Below are positions 44,001 through 55,151 of a stretch of 64,000 bases of DNA, in pieces. This DNA comes from a virus. The notes under the pieces are model-generated. The model worked only from the letters and a program-made list of their open reading frames with translations. It was not told the DNA's origin and searched no databases. The position numbers and the translations under genes were made by a program. The stretch covers positions 1 to 64,000 of IMG/VR virus record IMGVR_UViG_3300025711_000007; one strand, given 5' to 3'. Positions within the stretch are counted from its first letter, which is position 1; every line of letters begins with the position of its first letter.

Positions 44001-46378
44001 TGGCCGACGACATCAAGCTCCAGCTCGGGATCGACGTCGAGGCGCTGCAGCGCGCCGCGTCGCAGGCCACCAACGTCCTCGCGCAGACGTTCGAGAAGGG
44101 CATCAGCGCCAACCTGCTCGGCAACGGGCTGCTGCCGACGCAGCCGCCGCCGGCGCAGCAGGGCTCGCAGAACACCATCGCCGGGGTGGTCAGCGCGATC
44201 CAACAGGTTAACCGCACGCTCATCACCGGGTTCAACGCGCTCGCCGGAGGCGTCTACCTCGGTGGCGGCGGTGGGGGCGTCGGGACTGGAGGCGGCGGCC
44301 CCGGCGGCGGGCCGGGCGGTGTCGGACCCGCCGCCGGCCTGGCGCAGCCGGGACCCGGGGCTCGCGTCGGCGGGGGCGGGTTCGGAGGGGCCGCGCAGAT
44401 CATCTCCCGAGCCGGCGACCTCGCCGCCGCGCTCATGCCGTCGACCATGAAGATGTTCATGGGCGGGTTCTACGGCACCGACGTCATGGGGTTCGTGCAC
44501 AACCTCGTCAGCCAGATCCCGATCGCAGGCAGCCTGCTCGGCGCGGTCACCGGGCCGTTCCACCAGGTGATGCAGAAGAACGACGAGTTCAAGAACATGC
44601 AGTACGAGCTGTTCCGCGACGCCGGCGAGGACGCGATGAACTCGTTCACCAACATGTGGGAGGACGACGACTACAGGGAGCAGTTCGTCAAGCGCTACGG
44701 GTTCAGCAGGTCGGAGACGCAGCAGCTCCTCCACTCCGGCTTCCGCCGCGGGCTGAACCAGGGCTCGGGGATGGAGGCGGTCATGAACATGCAGGGCACG
44801 CTCGGCCTCGGCCAGGAGACCGCCGAGACGGCGGGTGGTCTCCGCAGGGCTGGCCTGAAGCCGGGCCAGGAGAGCGAGGTCCTGGCGAACGCGATCGGCG
44901 TCGCCGTCGCGACCGGGCTGGAGCGCGGTCGCTGGGGCGAGATGCTGACCATGTGGCAGCGGGCGGCCCAGTCGAGCGTCGACACCGACATCGCCTGGAA
45001 GGAGGTGGCGTCGCAGCAGCAGTTCGTCGGCAGCCTCGGGGCCCGCTACCAGGGAGACACGCCCGCGTCCCAGTCGATGCACGCCGCGCTCCGGGCGATG
45101 GCGAGCAACACGAGCTCGCCGCTGGCGCTCCGCGGCGCGCTGCAGCTGACCGGCGGGGACTACTTCGGCGCGACCGCGCGCATGGCGCGGGCCGGTGAGC
45201 AGCCGGACACCGAGCTCGAGGAGCGGATCATCGACCAGATGATGGGCGTCTCGGGCGTGCGCGAGTGGATGTCGATGCCGGACGGCCCGGACGCTGACCG
45301 CGCGCTCGACCGCATCGCCGGCGTCGCCGCGACGCTCGGGACGGGGTTGTCGCAGCTCAAGATCGCGACCCTGCTCAAGGCGAGGAAGCGGACCCAGGGT
45401 CCGCTGTTCAAGCCGCCGTCGTCCGAGGCCGTCGCGATCGGGATCCAGCAGGTCACCGGCACGGCGCCGCTGCCCGACACCGCGCTCGGCCCGCGGCGGA
45501 GCGAGTCCGAGGCGCAGCGCCCGTCCGGGATCTCCGGCATCCAGGAGAACAAGCCGCTCGTGCCGGGCGGTCCGCAGGAGCAGCTCAAGCGGAACCAGGC
45601 TGACCGCATGCGCCGGATCCAGGCCAGGGACCCGTCCGCCGGCATGACCGCGGACGAGCTGCGCTCCGGGCAGTTCATGTTCGACTCCGGGTCGCCGGCG
45701 CCCGCCGGGAGCGCCGCGCCGTCGCCGGGCACCTCCGGCGCGTCGGGGTCCGGGTACCAGCAGTTCGCGACGCAGGGGTTCGGATCCCCGATCCCGGGCC
45801 GGGCGCCGCACCCAGGCGTCGACCTCGCGTTCCCGCCAGGCACCGCCGTCACGTGCCCGGTCGACGGCGTGATCGAGCACATCAACCGGAACGGCGTCGG
45901 GCTCGAGGTCGGCGCGGCGGTCCACATCCGCGCCGCGGATGGTGTGCTGTGGAAGCTCTACCACATCGACCCCAAGACCTTCCCGGCGAGCCTGAGCGTC
46001 GGGCGCCGCATCTCGCGGGGCACGCCGCTCGGCCGGACGTTCAGCAACCAGTTCTGGCAGGGCCCGGGAGGCCAGCGCGTGCGCACCCACCTCCACGTCG
46101 GCCAGACCAGCGCCGGCGGGGTCGGGCTCGACCCGATGCGCCCCGGCGGGATCGCGCCGGGGTCGCTGACCGGCGGCGTCACGGGGTCCGTGGTAGGCGC
46201 CGGCGCGGCGCCGTCATCGTCGTCGTCGTCGAGCTCGGCAGGCAACGCGGTCCACGTGACGACCGACGTCAACGTGTACGTGCACCAGGACCCGTCGGGG
46301 CGCCCCGTGATCCGCGCGCGCGCCGCGACGCCGTCCGTCGTGAGCTCGCCCGGCCAGATCGTCGGAGGCACGCGGTGA
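44000..46378 (+). CDS. tape measure protein with C-terminal M23 peptidase
   Basis: helical Ala/Gly-rich; HPGVD and HLHVG. Confidence 0.82.
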   Translation: MADDIKLQLGIDVEALQRAASQATNVLAQTFEKGISANLLGNGLLPTQPPPAQQGSQNTIAGVVSAIQQVNRTLITGFNALAGGVYLGGGGGGVGTGGGGPGGGPGGVGPAAGLAQPGPGARVGGGGFGGAAQIISRAGDLAAALMPSTMKMFMGGFYGTDVMGFVHNLVSQIPIAGSLLGAVTGPFHQVMQKNDEFKNMQYELFRDAGEDAMNSFTNMWEDDDYREQFVKRYGFSRSETQQLLHSGFRRGLNQGSGMEAVMNMQGTLGLGQETAETAGGLRRAGLKPGQESEVLANAIGVAVATGLERGRWGEMLTMWQRAAQSSVDTDIAWKEVASQQQFVGSLGARYQGDTPASQSMHAALRAMASNTSSPLALRGALQLTGGDYFGATARMARAGEQPDTELEERIIDQMMGVSGVREWMSMPDGPDADRALDRIAGVAATLGTGLSQLKIATLLKARKRTQGPLFKPPSSEAVAIGIQQVTGTAPLPDTALGPRRSESEAQRPSGISGIQENKPLVPGGPQEQLKRNQADRMRRIQARDPSAGMTADELRSGQFMFDSGSPAPAGSAAPSPGTSGASGSGYQQFATQGFGSPIPGRAPHPGVDLAFPPGTAVTCPVDGVIEHINRNGVGLEVGAAVHIRAADGVLWKLYHIDPKTFPASLSVGRRISRGTPLGRTFSNQFWQGPGGQRVRTHLHVGQTSAGGVGLDPMRPGGIAPGSLTGGVTGSVVGAGAAPSSSSSSSSAGNAVHVTTDVNVYVHQDPSGRPVIRARAATPSVVSSPGQIVGGTR

Positions 46379-48081
46379 GGGTCGTCCCGTCAGCGGGTGA
46401 CGTTCGCGACGTCAACAACACGTGTGACGTGCTCCACGTCGCGCGCTCGGCGCAGTTCGACGCCAGCGACGTCCTCAAGCAGATCGTCGCCGCGCAAGGT
46501 CTCCTCGCGACCGACGCCGCGCTGCCGGCGGACGTGAACAAGGCGTACGGAGGGCAGACCGGCACGGCGTGGCTCGGCGAGGAGTCGAGCGACGTCATGG
46601 CGTGCTCGTGGGCGAAGGACGTCGACGGCGTCGTCGGGGCGCTGTCGGTCCAGCTCAAGCCGCGCGCCCGGTACCTGGAGACGATCCTGCCTGGCGACGT
46701 CCTGATCGTGTTCATGAACGACGCTGGGGACTACGAGCCGCGGAACCGCTTCGTCGGCACGCTCGTCGCCGTCGTGGTGGTCGACCGCGTCGCGGAGTCC
46801 ACCACCGTCCAGCAGCAGGCGACCGTCGACGTCGTCAGCGTCTCCGCCCGGGACCTCGCCGTCGTCCTCTCCGAGTCGTCCACGGTGTTCGACCAGACCT
46901 TCGCGCAGGTCGAGAACGCCGCGTACACGGGCGACTTCATCGCCCGGCTGTTCGGGGAGAAGAAGCAGCTCGCGCTGAGCCCGCTGGAGAACGTGCTCAT
47001 CCTGCTGCTGCTGCTCTACGACGCCGACCAGACGGGGAGCGAGCTCGCGCGCTTGCAGTGGAAGCTGACCGCGTCAGATGGTTCGTCGAGCCCGGCGCAG
47101 CTGATCAGCTTACTCGACGTCACGTCCTACGTGCAGAATCCGCTGCCGTTCTACGCGGTCGCCGAGCCTCCGGGCATCATCCAGGCTGGGAACGTGTGGT
47201 CGCTGCTGGAGAGCTACGCCAACCCGGTGGTGAACGAGTTCTTCATCGACGTGCGCGACGTGTCAGCGCAAGAGAGGAAGTTCAGAGACCTGGTCGCGAA
47301 GGCATCCAGGGATAACTTCTATGCAGACAATCCTGACGATTTGGTGAGCCAGGACACCACCGTGAAGACCGTCCTCAACAGCAACCTGTTCCGGTCGAGC
47401 TCGACGCGGACCGCCGGCGGCGCCACCGCGTCGAGCTTGGCGGACGGGACCTCGGTCGTCGCGCTCGTGTTCCGGCAGCGCCCGTACGACGCCGACGCCT
47501 TCAACGCGTTGCCGGTCACCGAGGTCGACTCCACCGAGGTGGAGTCGAGCGAGCTCGCGCGCTCATCGCACGACGTCTTCAACTGGTTCCGCGTCCGGTT
47601 CCCGGGGCTGGACGTGAAGCTCCAGGAGGTGGTCGCCGGGATCCGCACGGTGCCGCAGTCGGTCGCCAAGTTCGGGTTCCGCCGCATGGAGGCCGAGACG
47701 CGCTACATGTTCGCCTCGAGCGCCGCCTCGGTGACGTTCAGCAAGGGCAGCACGAAGACCGACTTCGGCGACGTGTTCCGGCAGTACGTCAACTTGCTGT
47801 CGACCTGGTACGCTCAGAACGAGTCCTGGTACGCCGGGACGCTGACGATGCGATTCTGCCCGAGCATCCGCGTCGGTACGCGCCTCCGGTTGTTCCGCCG
47901 CGGGTTGACCTACGACTTCTACGTCCAGGGCGTGCACCACTCGTTCAGCAAGGAGCCCGGGAACAGCCACAGCTCGCTCACGCTCACGCGCGGGCGCGTC
48001 GTCAGCAGCGCGACCGTGCCGCTCGTCCCGGTCGGCGACTTCCAGCACGACGGCTTCGCGATCACCGGAGGGTCCCAGTGA
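46375..48081 (+). CDS. baseplate hub protein
   Basis: follows tape measure; PSIRVGTRL...FYVQGVHHSF...LTLTRG. Confidence 0.75.
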   Translation: MRVVPSAGDVRDVNNTCDVLHVARSAQFDASDVLKQIVAAQGLLATDAALPADVNKAYGGQTGTAWLGEESSDVMACSWAKDVDGVVGALSVQLKPRARYLETILPGDVLIVFMNDAGDYEPRNRFVGTLVAVVVVDRVAESTTVQQQATVDVVSVSARDLAVVLSESSTVFDQTFAQVENAAYTGDFIARLFGEKKQLALSPLENVLILLLLLYDADQTGSELARLQWKLTASDGSSSPAQLISLLDVTSYVQNPLPFYAVAEPPGIIQAGNVWSLLESYANPVVNEFFIDVRDVSAQERKFRDLVAKASRDNFYADNPDDLVSQDTTVKTVLNSNLFRSSSTRTAGGATASSLADGTSVVALVFRQRPYDADAFNALPVTEVDSTEVESSELARSSHDVFNWFRVRFPGLDVKLQEVVAGIRTVPQSVAKFGFRRMEAETRYMFASSAASVTFSKGSTKTDFGDVFRQYVNLLSTWYAQNESWYAGTLTMRFCPSIRVGTRLRLFRRGLTYDFYVQGVHHSFSKEPGNSHSSLTLTRGRVVSSATVPLVPVGDFQHDGFAITGGSQ

Positions 48082-48905
48082 CGACGGAGTGGACCCACGA
48101 CGGCCACCCCATCCAGGCGGGAGCTACGCGTGGCGAGTACGCGCTGGCGGGCGTGCGGGCGCACTTCTCGATCATGGACATGCGCGAGATGGTCGTCACC
48201 GCGAGGTACTACGTCGACGACCCGCGCAACCGATCGAAGCGGTTCGTCGAGTACACGTGCCGCGACCTCCACACGGGGGAGCCCTACCCGGGGTGCCGGC
48301 AGCTGTCGCAGATGAGCGGGGTCGAGGACGGGGACGACAGCGTGCTCCGGCCGACGACGTCGTTCCTCTCGGGGACCACCGGAGCCACGGGCGCCCTCGC
48401 CAACGAGCACACGCCGGCGAACGACGTCGACGGGGACCAGGTCCTCGTCGGGTTCATCTCCGGGTCCCGGTCGCGCCCGGTGATCGTCGGCGTGTTCCGG
48501 CACTCCGGGTCGCAGTACGGAGCCACCGCCGCGCAGGGTGAGCGCAGGCTGACCCAGCACAAGGGCACGAGCATCGAGATCGCGTCCAGCGGCGAGTACC
48601 GCATCAAGCACAAGAGCGGGTCGATGGTCGCTATGCTGGACAGCGGCGACGTCCAGGTGCGCCCGGCGCCGGGCAAGAAGCTGTACCACGGCGACGTCGG
48701 CGCCGCCGAGAACCACGTGCTCGGCCAGCAGCTCAAGGCGCTCATGTCGGACCTCATCGACGCGCTGCTCGCCGCGACGTACCCGACCGGCGTCGGGCCG
48801 TCGGGTCCGATGCTGCCGCCGTCGTCCGCGACGCTGACCAACCTCAAGGCGAACCTCGACTCCATCCTGAGCAACATGGCCTTCACGCAGAAGGACCAGG
48901 GCTGA
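48078..48905 (+). CDS. baseplate spike (gpV/gp5-like)
   Basis: GDQVLVGFISG..RPVIVG OB-fold; PTGVGPSGP tip. Confidence 0.7.
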   Translation: MTTEWTHDGHPIQAGATRGEYALAGVRAHFSIMDMREMVVTARYYVDDPRNRSKRFVEYTCRDLHTGEPYPGCRQLSQMSGVEDGDDSVLRPTTSFLSGTTGATGALANEHTPANDVDGDQVLVGFISGSRSRPVIVGVFRHSGSQYGATAAQGERRLTQHKGTSIEIASSGEYRIKHKSGSMVAMLDSGDVQVRPAPGKKLYHGDVGAAENHVLGQQLKALMSDLIDALLAATYPTGVGPSGPMLPPSSATLTNLKANLDSILSNMAFTQKDQG

Positions 48906-49381
48906 TGGCGATGTCCCAAGGAGCCCTCGCGGCCCAGCTGGTCAACCTCGCGCCGGCGGCGACCGAGGCCGCCGCGATCGCGACGCTGGCGGACGCGTAC
49001 GCCGTCTTCGCCGGCGACGCCGTCGCCGGAGCGGTGCCGATCACCCCGGCCGGGGTCGGGCTCGGGAAGGCCGCGATGCAGCTCGCCCTCGTCGGGATCA
49101 GCACCCCCGGAGCTGGGTCGGCGGTGTTGACCGGCGCGGTCCAGGCGTTCTGGGCCGCGGTGGCTGGGGGTCTGGCGACGTCGTTCGCCGGCGCGACGGC
49201 GATCGTCCCTCCGCCGCACGCGGGGCTGCAGGTGCTGCTCGACGCGACGTTCGCCGCGAACACCGCGTCGCAGGCGAGCCAGGCCGCGGCCACGGACGCG
49301 GTCGCGACCGTGCTCTACAACCAAGCTATAATCGGCGGCACCGCCACGTTCCCGGGACCCGTGGTGTCGCCGATATCGTAG
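48905..49381 (+). CDS. Ala-rich baseplate-associated protein
   Basis: coupled ORF. Confidence 0.65.
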   Translation: MAMSQGALAAQLVNLAPAATEAAAIATLADAYAVFAGDAVAGAVPITPAGVGLGKAAMQLALVGISTPGAGSAVLTGAVQAFWAAVAGGLATSFAGATAIVPPPHAGLQVLLDATFAANTASQASQAAATDAVATVLYNQAIIGGTATFPGPVVSPIS

Positions 49382-49387
49382 CGAACA

Positions 49388-51550
49388 ATGCCGCCGTTCA
49401 TACCTTCACAGCAGCCAGACGACGCCCGGGGCCGGCGCTACGCGAAGGCGTACAAGTACGTCTTCGCGATGCTGAAGGCAGGCGAGGACCTCACGACGCT
49501 CGACCAGAACAGCGGCGCGTTCAGCGCGACCTCCATCATCGACGAGGGCCGGTTCGTGTCTCTCTCCCTGCCGCAGCAGCTGCAGCTGCGCGGCCCGTTC
49601 GCGACCTCGGTCACGGTGATGCAGGACGGAGGTAAGACGATCGAGTCCAGAGGGCAGGTGCTCAGGCCGGGGTCGATCTCCGGGACTTCAGGGTTCTTGC
49701 CTCCGAACTCGGCGGTGTCGCTGCAGCCGTCGTTCGGCCGCCTCACGCCGAACGTCGCAGACCTCGACGGCCAGCTCGGAGCGATATCTGGATACATGCA
49801 GTTTCAGAAGCTTCGCTATTTGTTCGACCTGTACGGCGACGAGCGGAGGCGCGGTAACTTGGACGTGACGTTCTACTTCTTCGACTACAAAAACGATGAT
49901 TTCTGGCGCATCGAGCCGCAGTCGTTCGACATGACGCGTTCCAGCCACCGCCCTATGTCGTACGAGTACAGCATCCAGTTTCAGTGCATCGAGCGCGCCG
50001 ACACGACGGGCAAGAACGAGGAGGTCAATCCGGTGTCCGGAGCGTCGCCGGTCATCGCGGGCAACGCGCGGCTGAACACGAACAACGTCGGCGGCGCCTT
50101 GGCCAAGATCGCGGGCGGGCTGAGCGCGGCGTCGAAGACGTCGATCCTGGTCACGGTCGCTCGGTTCGGCGACATGGTGACGAGCGGTCTCGACTTCTTG
50201 AAGCTCACGGACGCGGTCGTGCAGCGCTCGTTCCAAGCGACGCTGAACAAGCTCGACGCGGTGATCGGGTTCTTCGCGAACGTACACGACACGTTCTTCG
50301 CGCTGCTCGAGACGGTGCCGACGCTGATGGCCCAGCTGAGCAGCTCGCTCGACGGGTTGTTCAACACCGTCCACAAGTTCGCGCCCGACAACATCGCTCA
50401 GGAGATCAACGCGTGGGCTCTGGAGGTGACGCGACTGTCGGACCGCATGATGGTCCAGGTCAGCACGCTCGTGGCCTCGCAGCCGCAGCGCGACGTGCGG
50501 GACACCGACCAGCGGTTCTCGCAAGGCCGGATGAAGCAGGGGTCGACGACCGACCTCATGCGCGAGCCCGCCGGCAGCGCCGGCTCGCTGGACGCGAACC
50601 CGTTCATCGGGTCGTCCGGGTTGGCGCTGGTGACCGACGTCGAGAAGCTCGCTGACGCCTCGCAGCACGTAACGGTCACCATCAACGATGGCGAAGACGT
50701 GTACGCACTGGCTCGTCGCGTGTTCGGCAGGGTCGAGCGCTTCTCCGACATCGTGCTGCTGAACAAGCTGGAGTTCCCGTTCATCGTCGCCGACGCCGGG
50801 TCGAAGCCGTCGAACACGCTCGCGTGGGGCGAGCGCGTCCTCGTGCCGGCCCCCGCGAAGTCGATCGCGACCGCGTTCGCTGGGGTCGGTGCGTCCGACG
50901 CCCCGTCGACGTCCGGCGTGGTCGACACGTCCGCCTCGTTCGACAAGTTGATCGACAGCACCGCCGAGTGGATCACGGACCAGTGGGTCGGCTACTCGGT
51001 GACGGCGACCACCGGGTCGTCTCAGCAGACGCTGGTCTGCGCCGCGAACACGGTGAACCAGCTCACGCTCAACAGCAGCTGGGTCATCACGATCACGCCG
51101 GGAGTCACGACGTACACCGTCGCATACGTCCAGTTCGACCCGCGGCGCCCGGTGACCGCGGAGACGCGGGCGTACGGCGTCGACCTGCTCGCCGTGTTCG
51201 GTGCGGACGGTCGCTGCGACCTCGCGCTCGGTGCCACGTCGGACTTCGCTACCGCGAGGGGCCTCGACAACCTGTTCCAGGCGATAACGCTGCGCTCGCG
51301 GTGCCCGCTCGGCGAGCATCCGTTCCACAGGTCGTACGGGATGATTGCCCCGATCGGCCGCCCGTTCACCGACGACGTCGGCGTCCTCTACTCGTTCTTC
51401 ATCCGCCGGTCGCTGCTGTCTGACCGCCGCGTCGACAAGGTCCGCAACGTGCAGCTCAGCGTCGCCAACGACGTGGTCACGGTGAGCCTCGAGTTGCAGC
51501 CAGTCGACGCCCGCGTGGCGCAGCCGATCACCATCCAGGTCGGAGCATAG
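49388..51550 (+). CDS. baseplate protein with LysM-like and C-terminal gp25-like domains
   Basis: DVYALARRVFG...IVLLNKL; GLDNLFQAITLR...GEHPFHRSYG...LLSDRRV. Confidence 0.7.
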   Translation: MPPFIPSQQPDDARGRRYAKAYKYVFAMLKAGEDLTTLDQNSGAFSATSIIDEGRFVSLSLPQQLQLRGPFATSVTVMQDGGKTIESRGQVLRPGSISGTSGFLPPNSAVSLQPSFGRLTPNVADLDGQLGAISGYMQFQKLRYLFDLYGDERRRGNLDVTFYFFDYKNDDFWRIEPQSFDMTRSSHRPMSYEYSIQFQCIERADTTGKNEEVNPVSGASPVIAGNARLNTNNVGGALAKIAGGLSAASKTSILVTVARFGDMVTSGLDFLKLTDAVVQRSFQATLNKLDAVIGFFANVHDTFFALLETVPTLMAQLSSSLDGLFNTVHKFAPDNIAQEINAWALEVTRLSDRMMVQVSTLVASQPQRDVRDTDQRFSQGRMKQGSTTDLMREPAGSAGSLDANPFIGSSGLALVTDVEKLADASQHVTVTINDGEDVYALARRVFGRVERFSDIVLLNKLEFPFIVADAGSKPSNTLAWGERVLVPAPAKSIATAFAGVGASDAPSTSGVVDTSASFDKLIDSTAEWITDQWVGYSVTATTGSSQQTLVCAANTVNQLTLNSSWVITITPGVTTYTVAYVQFDPRRPVTAETRAYGVDLLAVFGADGRCDLALGATSDFATARGLDNLFQAITLRSRCPLGEHPFHRSYGMIAPIGRPFTDDVGVLYSFFIRRSLLSDRRVDKVRNVQLSVANDVVTVSLELQPVDARVAQPITIQVGA

Positions 51551-51552
51551 CA

Positions 51553-53676
51553 GTGCCAACATCCATAAGATTCCTGACCTACCCGGAGATACTGGCGGAC
51601 ATGTTCGCGCACGCGCAGGCGTCGCCGGTGGCCGGCGGTCTCGGGCCGAACATCGACCTCACGCCGGGGTCTCTGGTCCGCACGATCCTCGAGTGCTCGG
51701 CGCTCTCCGACGCCGACCAGTACGTGCAGATGAGCCGGTTGCCGAACCTGTTCTCCCTCGACAAGTGCCGCGGCGACGACCTCGACGAGCGCGCGGTCGA
51801 GATCGGGTCCGATCTCATCATCGATCTGCGGCGCCGACAGGCCAACACGAGCGTCGCCTCGATCGTGGTCGGCAACGGGACCTTCCTCAGGACGACCACG
51901 CTCGCGTCCGACGTCAACTACAACAGTGCCACGTTCGACGTGGTCGACGGGTCTGCCTTCCCGACCTCCGGGGCGATCACCATCAACGCGGGGGCCCCCA
52001 ACGAGGAGGACCTGATCTACACGCGCTCCGTGAACACGTTCACGGTGGTGCTATCTGGGACGTCGCCCGTGCTGCAGCGGAGCCACGCGAGTGGCGAGGT
52101 GGTGACGAGTGTGTCGATCCGGTCGACGCTCGCCTCGACCGTCAGCGTCGGCGCCCTCACCGCCACCCTGCTCGCTGGCACCGGGTCTGCGTGGAGCACG
52201 TCGGGGACGGTGATATTCGACCGATCCACGACGTCGCAGGAGAAGGTGTCGTTCACGCGGTCGGGCGACGTGCTGACGCTGGGGTCGCCGGCGACGTTCA
52301 TCCACGCTGCAGGGTCCGTTGTGATCCAGGGGACGGACGGGACCGACCACGTCATACCCGTCGGAGCCCAACCGCGCGTGCCTCCGACGCCGTCATCTGC
52401 GCAGGTCAACTTCGTGGTGCAGTCGCCGGGCGGCACGCTGTTCGACGGCGACTTCGTGTCCGGCCTCATCCCGGTGAGGTCGGTGCTCGTCGGCGCGTCG
52501 ACGCGCGTCGGCGCGAACCAGATCACGCAGTGGACGACCCCGCCGTTCGCCGGCGCCACCGTGACCAACCCTGCGTCCGCCACGCGCGGCGCGGACCGCG
52601 AGTCCGACGACAACTACAGGCAGAGGATCAAGGACACGATCCAGAGCTTCTCCGGCGGAGGCACGCCGCTGTCGATCACCACGAAGGTGAAGGACCTGGT
52701 CGATCCGGAGACCGGCGCCTCCGTCGCGTTCGTCCAGCTCGTCGACCCGGTATCGGCGTCCGGCCGGGGCCTCCTCTACATCACCGACGGCACTCCGGGG
52801 TTCTCGCTGGGGCAGCAGCCGTTCCTCGGCCGCGACGTCATCATCTCGGACGCTGTCACGGGGGACGCTCGAGGTAAGCTCGGCACGTACGGGCCGCCGT
52901 ACAACTACTCCACGGTCGACCCCGTCGCGCCCCGCCTGTTCTCGAGCGCGACTACGGTCCGAGGGACCTCCACCTCCGTCGGCGTGAACTTCCTGGAGGA
53001 CACGACGCAGAGCATGGTGACGAACGCGTTCGCGGGCATGTGGCTGAAGACCGGCGACAACGTGTTCCGCAGCGTGCTGTCCAACACGTCCGTCCGGTTC
53101 ATCTTCACGAACGGCGACGTGCCGAGCCCCGGCGTCTACTCGGTCTACGACCTCTCCGGCAGCCCGCTCACGCCGGGCACCGACTTCGAGTTCAACCCGT
53201 CGACAGGTGACCTGGAGCTCGCCGCGTCGCTCAGCACGCACGACGGGCTCGTGGCGGCGAACGACGGCGCGTCGTCGTCGCTCGGGGCGTACCTGTACTC
53301 GAGTGGCCTCGCGGCCTACGTGCAGCGGGCGGTCAACGGCGACCCCGCTGACTTCAGCACCTTCCCCGGCCTCCGCGCGGCCGGGTCCCAGATACTCGTC
53401 GCGGTGCCGACCACGATCACGCAGGCGTTCGTCATCTCGGTCGTGCCGACCGTCGGCTTCACGGTCACGCAGCTCGTGACTCCCGTCCAGGTGGCGGTGC
53501 AGACCATCGTCAACTCGAGCGGCATGGGGGCCCGGGTGACGCTATCGGACCTGATCGTCGCCATCAAGGCCGTCCCCGGCGTCGGCGACGTCACGATCAT
53601 CATGCCGCTGGCGAACATCTCGGTGCCCAGCGGAACGCTCATGCGAATCACGCCAGCTGACGTGACGCTGGTCTAA
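51553..53676 (+). CDS. baseplate J-like wedge protein
   Basis: TPGSLVRTILE, GDDLDERA, GADRESDDNYRQRI, AVPGVGDV. Confidence 0.85.
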   Translation: MPTSIRFLTYPEILADMFAHAQASPVAGGLGPNIDLTPGSLVRTILECSALSDADQYVQMSRLPNLFSLDKCRGDDLDERAVEIGSDLIIDLRRRQANTSVASIVVGNGTFLRTTTLASDVNYNSATFDVVDGSAFPTSGAITINAGAPNEEDLIYTRSVNTFTVVLSGTSPVLQRSHASGEVVTSVSIRSTLASTVSVGALTATLLAGTGSAWSTSGTVIFDRSTTSQEKVSFTRSGDVLTLGSPATFIHAAGSVVIQGTDGTDHVIPVGAQPRVPPTPSSAQVNFVVQSPGGTLFDGDFVSGLIPVRSVLVGASTRVGANQITQWTTPPFAGATVTNPASATRGADRESDDNYRQRIKDTIQSFSGGGTPLSITTKVKDLVDPETGASVAFVQLVDPVSASGRGLLYITDGTPGFSLGQQPFLGRDVIISDAVTGDARGKLGTYGPPYNYSTVDPVAPRLFSSATTVRGTSTSVGVNFLEDTTQSMVTNAFAGMWLKTGDNVFRSVLSNTSVRFIFTNGDVPSPGVYSVYDLSGSPLTPGTDFEFNPSTGDLELAASLSTHDGLVAANDGASSSLGAYLYSSGLAAYVQRAVNGDPADFSTFPGLRAAGSQILVAVPTTITQAFVISVVPTVGFTVTQLVTPVQVAVQTIVNSSGMGARVTLSDLIVAIKAVPGVGDVTIIMPLANISVPSGTLMRITPADVTLV

Positions 53677-53693
53677 GAAGAGGAACGCTCACC

Positions 53694-54674
53694 ATGGCTC
53701 TCCCGACGCCGTCCACCACGTACAGCTTCCAGATCAACCAGCGGATCACGTTCGTGTCGTTGAACGACACGTCGGCCCGTCTCATGTTCGGCGTCAAGGC
53801 CAAGCTCAAGACCAACGGCTACACCGTCAAGGGCAGCTGCGACGGGACCACGGGCGCCATGGACGGCGTAGATCGCTGGTCGACCAGCGCCAACGCGGCG
53901 ACTCGCGGCGCCGCCGCCGGCAACGCGCAGAGCTGGGTCGTGCTGACGGACGCTAACGGCGTCAACGTCCTCGTCGCGTACCAGGGCGCGTCCGACGACG
54001 TCTTCCGGGTCAGCTTCAGCCCCGGCGGCTTGTTCGTCGCGGCGGGCTCGCCGAACCAGCAGCCGACCGCCACCGACGAGCAGGTCATCTGCTCGGCGAC
54101 CAGCATGGTCAACAACACGGCGTCGGCCGACCGCGTCTGGAACTGCATCGTCCGGTCCGACAACCGAGGGTTCCGGGTCAACGTCGCTCGGCAGGGGTCG
54201 TGGGTCGGCCTGGTGTGGGGGGTCGAGCAGGTGACGTCGACCGTCGTGACGGCGACGTTCAACCCGCCGGTCTGGGGCTTCGCGTTCACCCCGGCCAACC
54301 TGGCCGGGACGAGTTTCAACGCGGCGTTCTCGGTGAACGCCCGCGGCGGGCTCGCGAGGACCGTGGTCGCCAGCACGCCGTTCTCCTGCCAGTGCGTCGC
54401 CGGCTACGAGGTCTGGGCCGCGTCGGTGGCGCTGTTCGGGAACACGCAGCCCGAGCTCCAGGGGTCGGTCGGGTACCTCATCCAGCCGGTGTCGATCGCG
54501 ACCACCACGAGCGGTGCGCAGGGGAAGGTCGGCAACCTCGTCGACTGGTGGGTCGGTCGCTTGAGCGGCGCCGCGGACGGCGACGTGTACGGCTCCAACC
54601 AGTTCGTCGTGGTCGGCTCCGCCGGCGGCGCCGTTTGGGCGTGGGACGGGCTGACCACCCCGGTGCTCACCTGA
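53694..54674 (+). CDS. tail/baseplate-associated protein
   Basis: GAGG RBS; beta-rich. Confidence 0.7.
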   Translation: MALPTPSTTYSFQINQRITFVSLNDTSARLMFGVKAKLKTNGYTVKGSCDGTTGAMDGVDRWSTSANAATRGAAAGNAQSWVVLTDANGVNVLVAYQGASDDVFRVSFSPGGLFVAAGSPNQQPTATDEQVICSATSMVNNTASADRVWNCIVRSDNRGFRVNVARQGSWVGLVWGVEQVTSTVVTATFNPPVWGFAFTPANLAGTSFNAAFSVNARGGLARTVVASTPFSCQCVAGYEVWAASVALFGNTQPELQGSVGYLIQPVSIATTTSGAQGKVGNLVDWWVGRLSGAADGDVYGSNQFVVVGSAGGAVWAWDGLTTPVLT

Positions 54675-55129
54675 TGGCGACCCAGCCTGGCACCCTGCTG
54701 CCGCTCATCAACCTCTCGGCGGGAGGTGTGGCGAGGACGAGCGTCCGCGGGACGGCGTTCCTGGTCGTCGGGGGCGTCTCGGCGACCGTGCTCCCGGTCG
54801 TATCCGTCAGCACGCCGCTGCCGCCGGCGACCACGACGACGCCGATCATCGTGACGGTCGTCGGCGGCAACATCAACGTCCCGATCCGTCGCGCGTGGAT
54901 CGACGTGGCGTTCCCGGGGATCCTCGCTAGCGAGGTCGTGCACAACGGGTCGCGCTTCGGCGCGTTCTACTCGAACGGCATGAACTCCCGGGTCGCGTAC
55001 GCCGACACCCTCGGGCGCGTCGGTTACAGGTACACGCTCCTCCGCGACGGGGGCTGGCCGGCGGGGTCCCTGCCGCTGACCGCGTCGTTCACGATCAACG
55101 CGGTGGACACTCTCGGCAACGGCACCTGA
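54674..55129 (+). CDS. tail-associated protein
   Basis: TGATG coupling. Confidence 0.65.
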   Translation: MATQPGTLLPLINLSAGGVARTSVRGTAFLVVGGVSATVLPVVSVSTPLPPATTTTPIIVTVVGGNINVPIRRAWIDVAFPGILASEVVHNGSRFGAFYSNGMNSRVAYADTLGRVGYRYTLLRDGGWPAGSLPLTASFTINAVDTLGNGT

Positions 55130-55151
55130 AAGCAACAAGCGAGGTATCGCC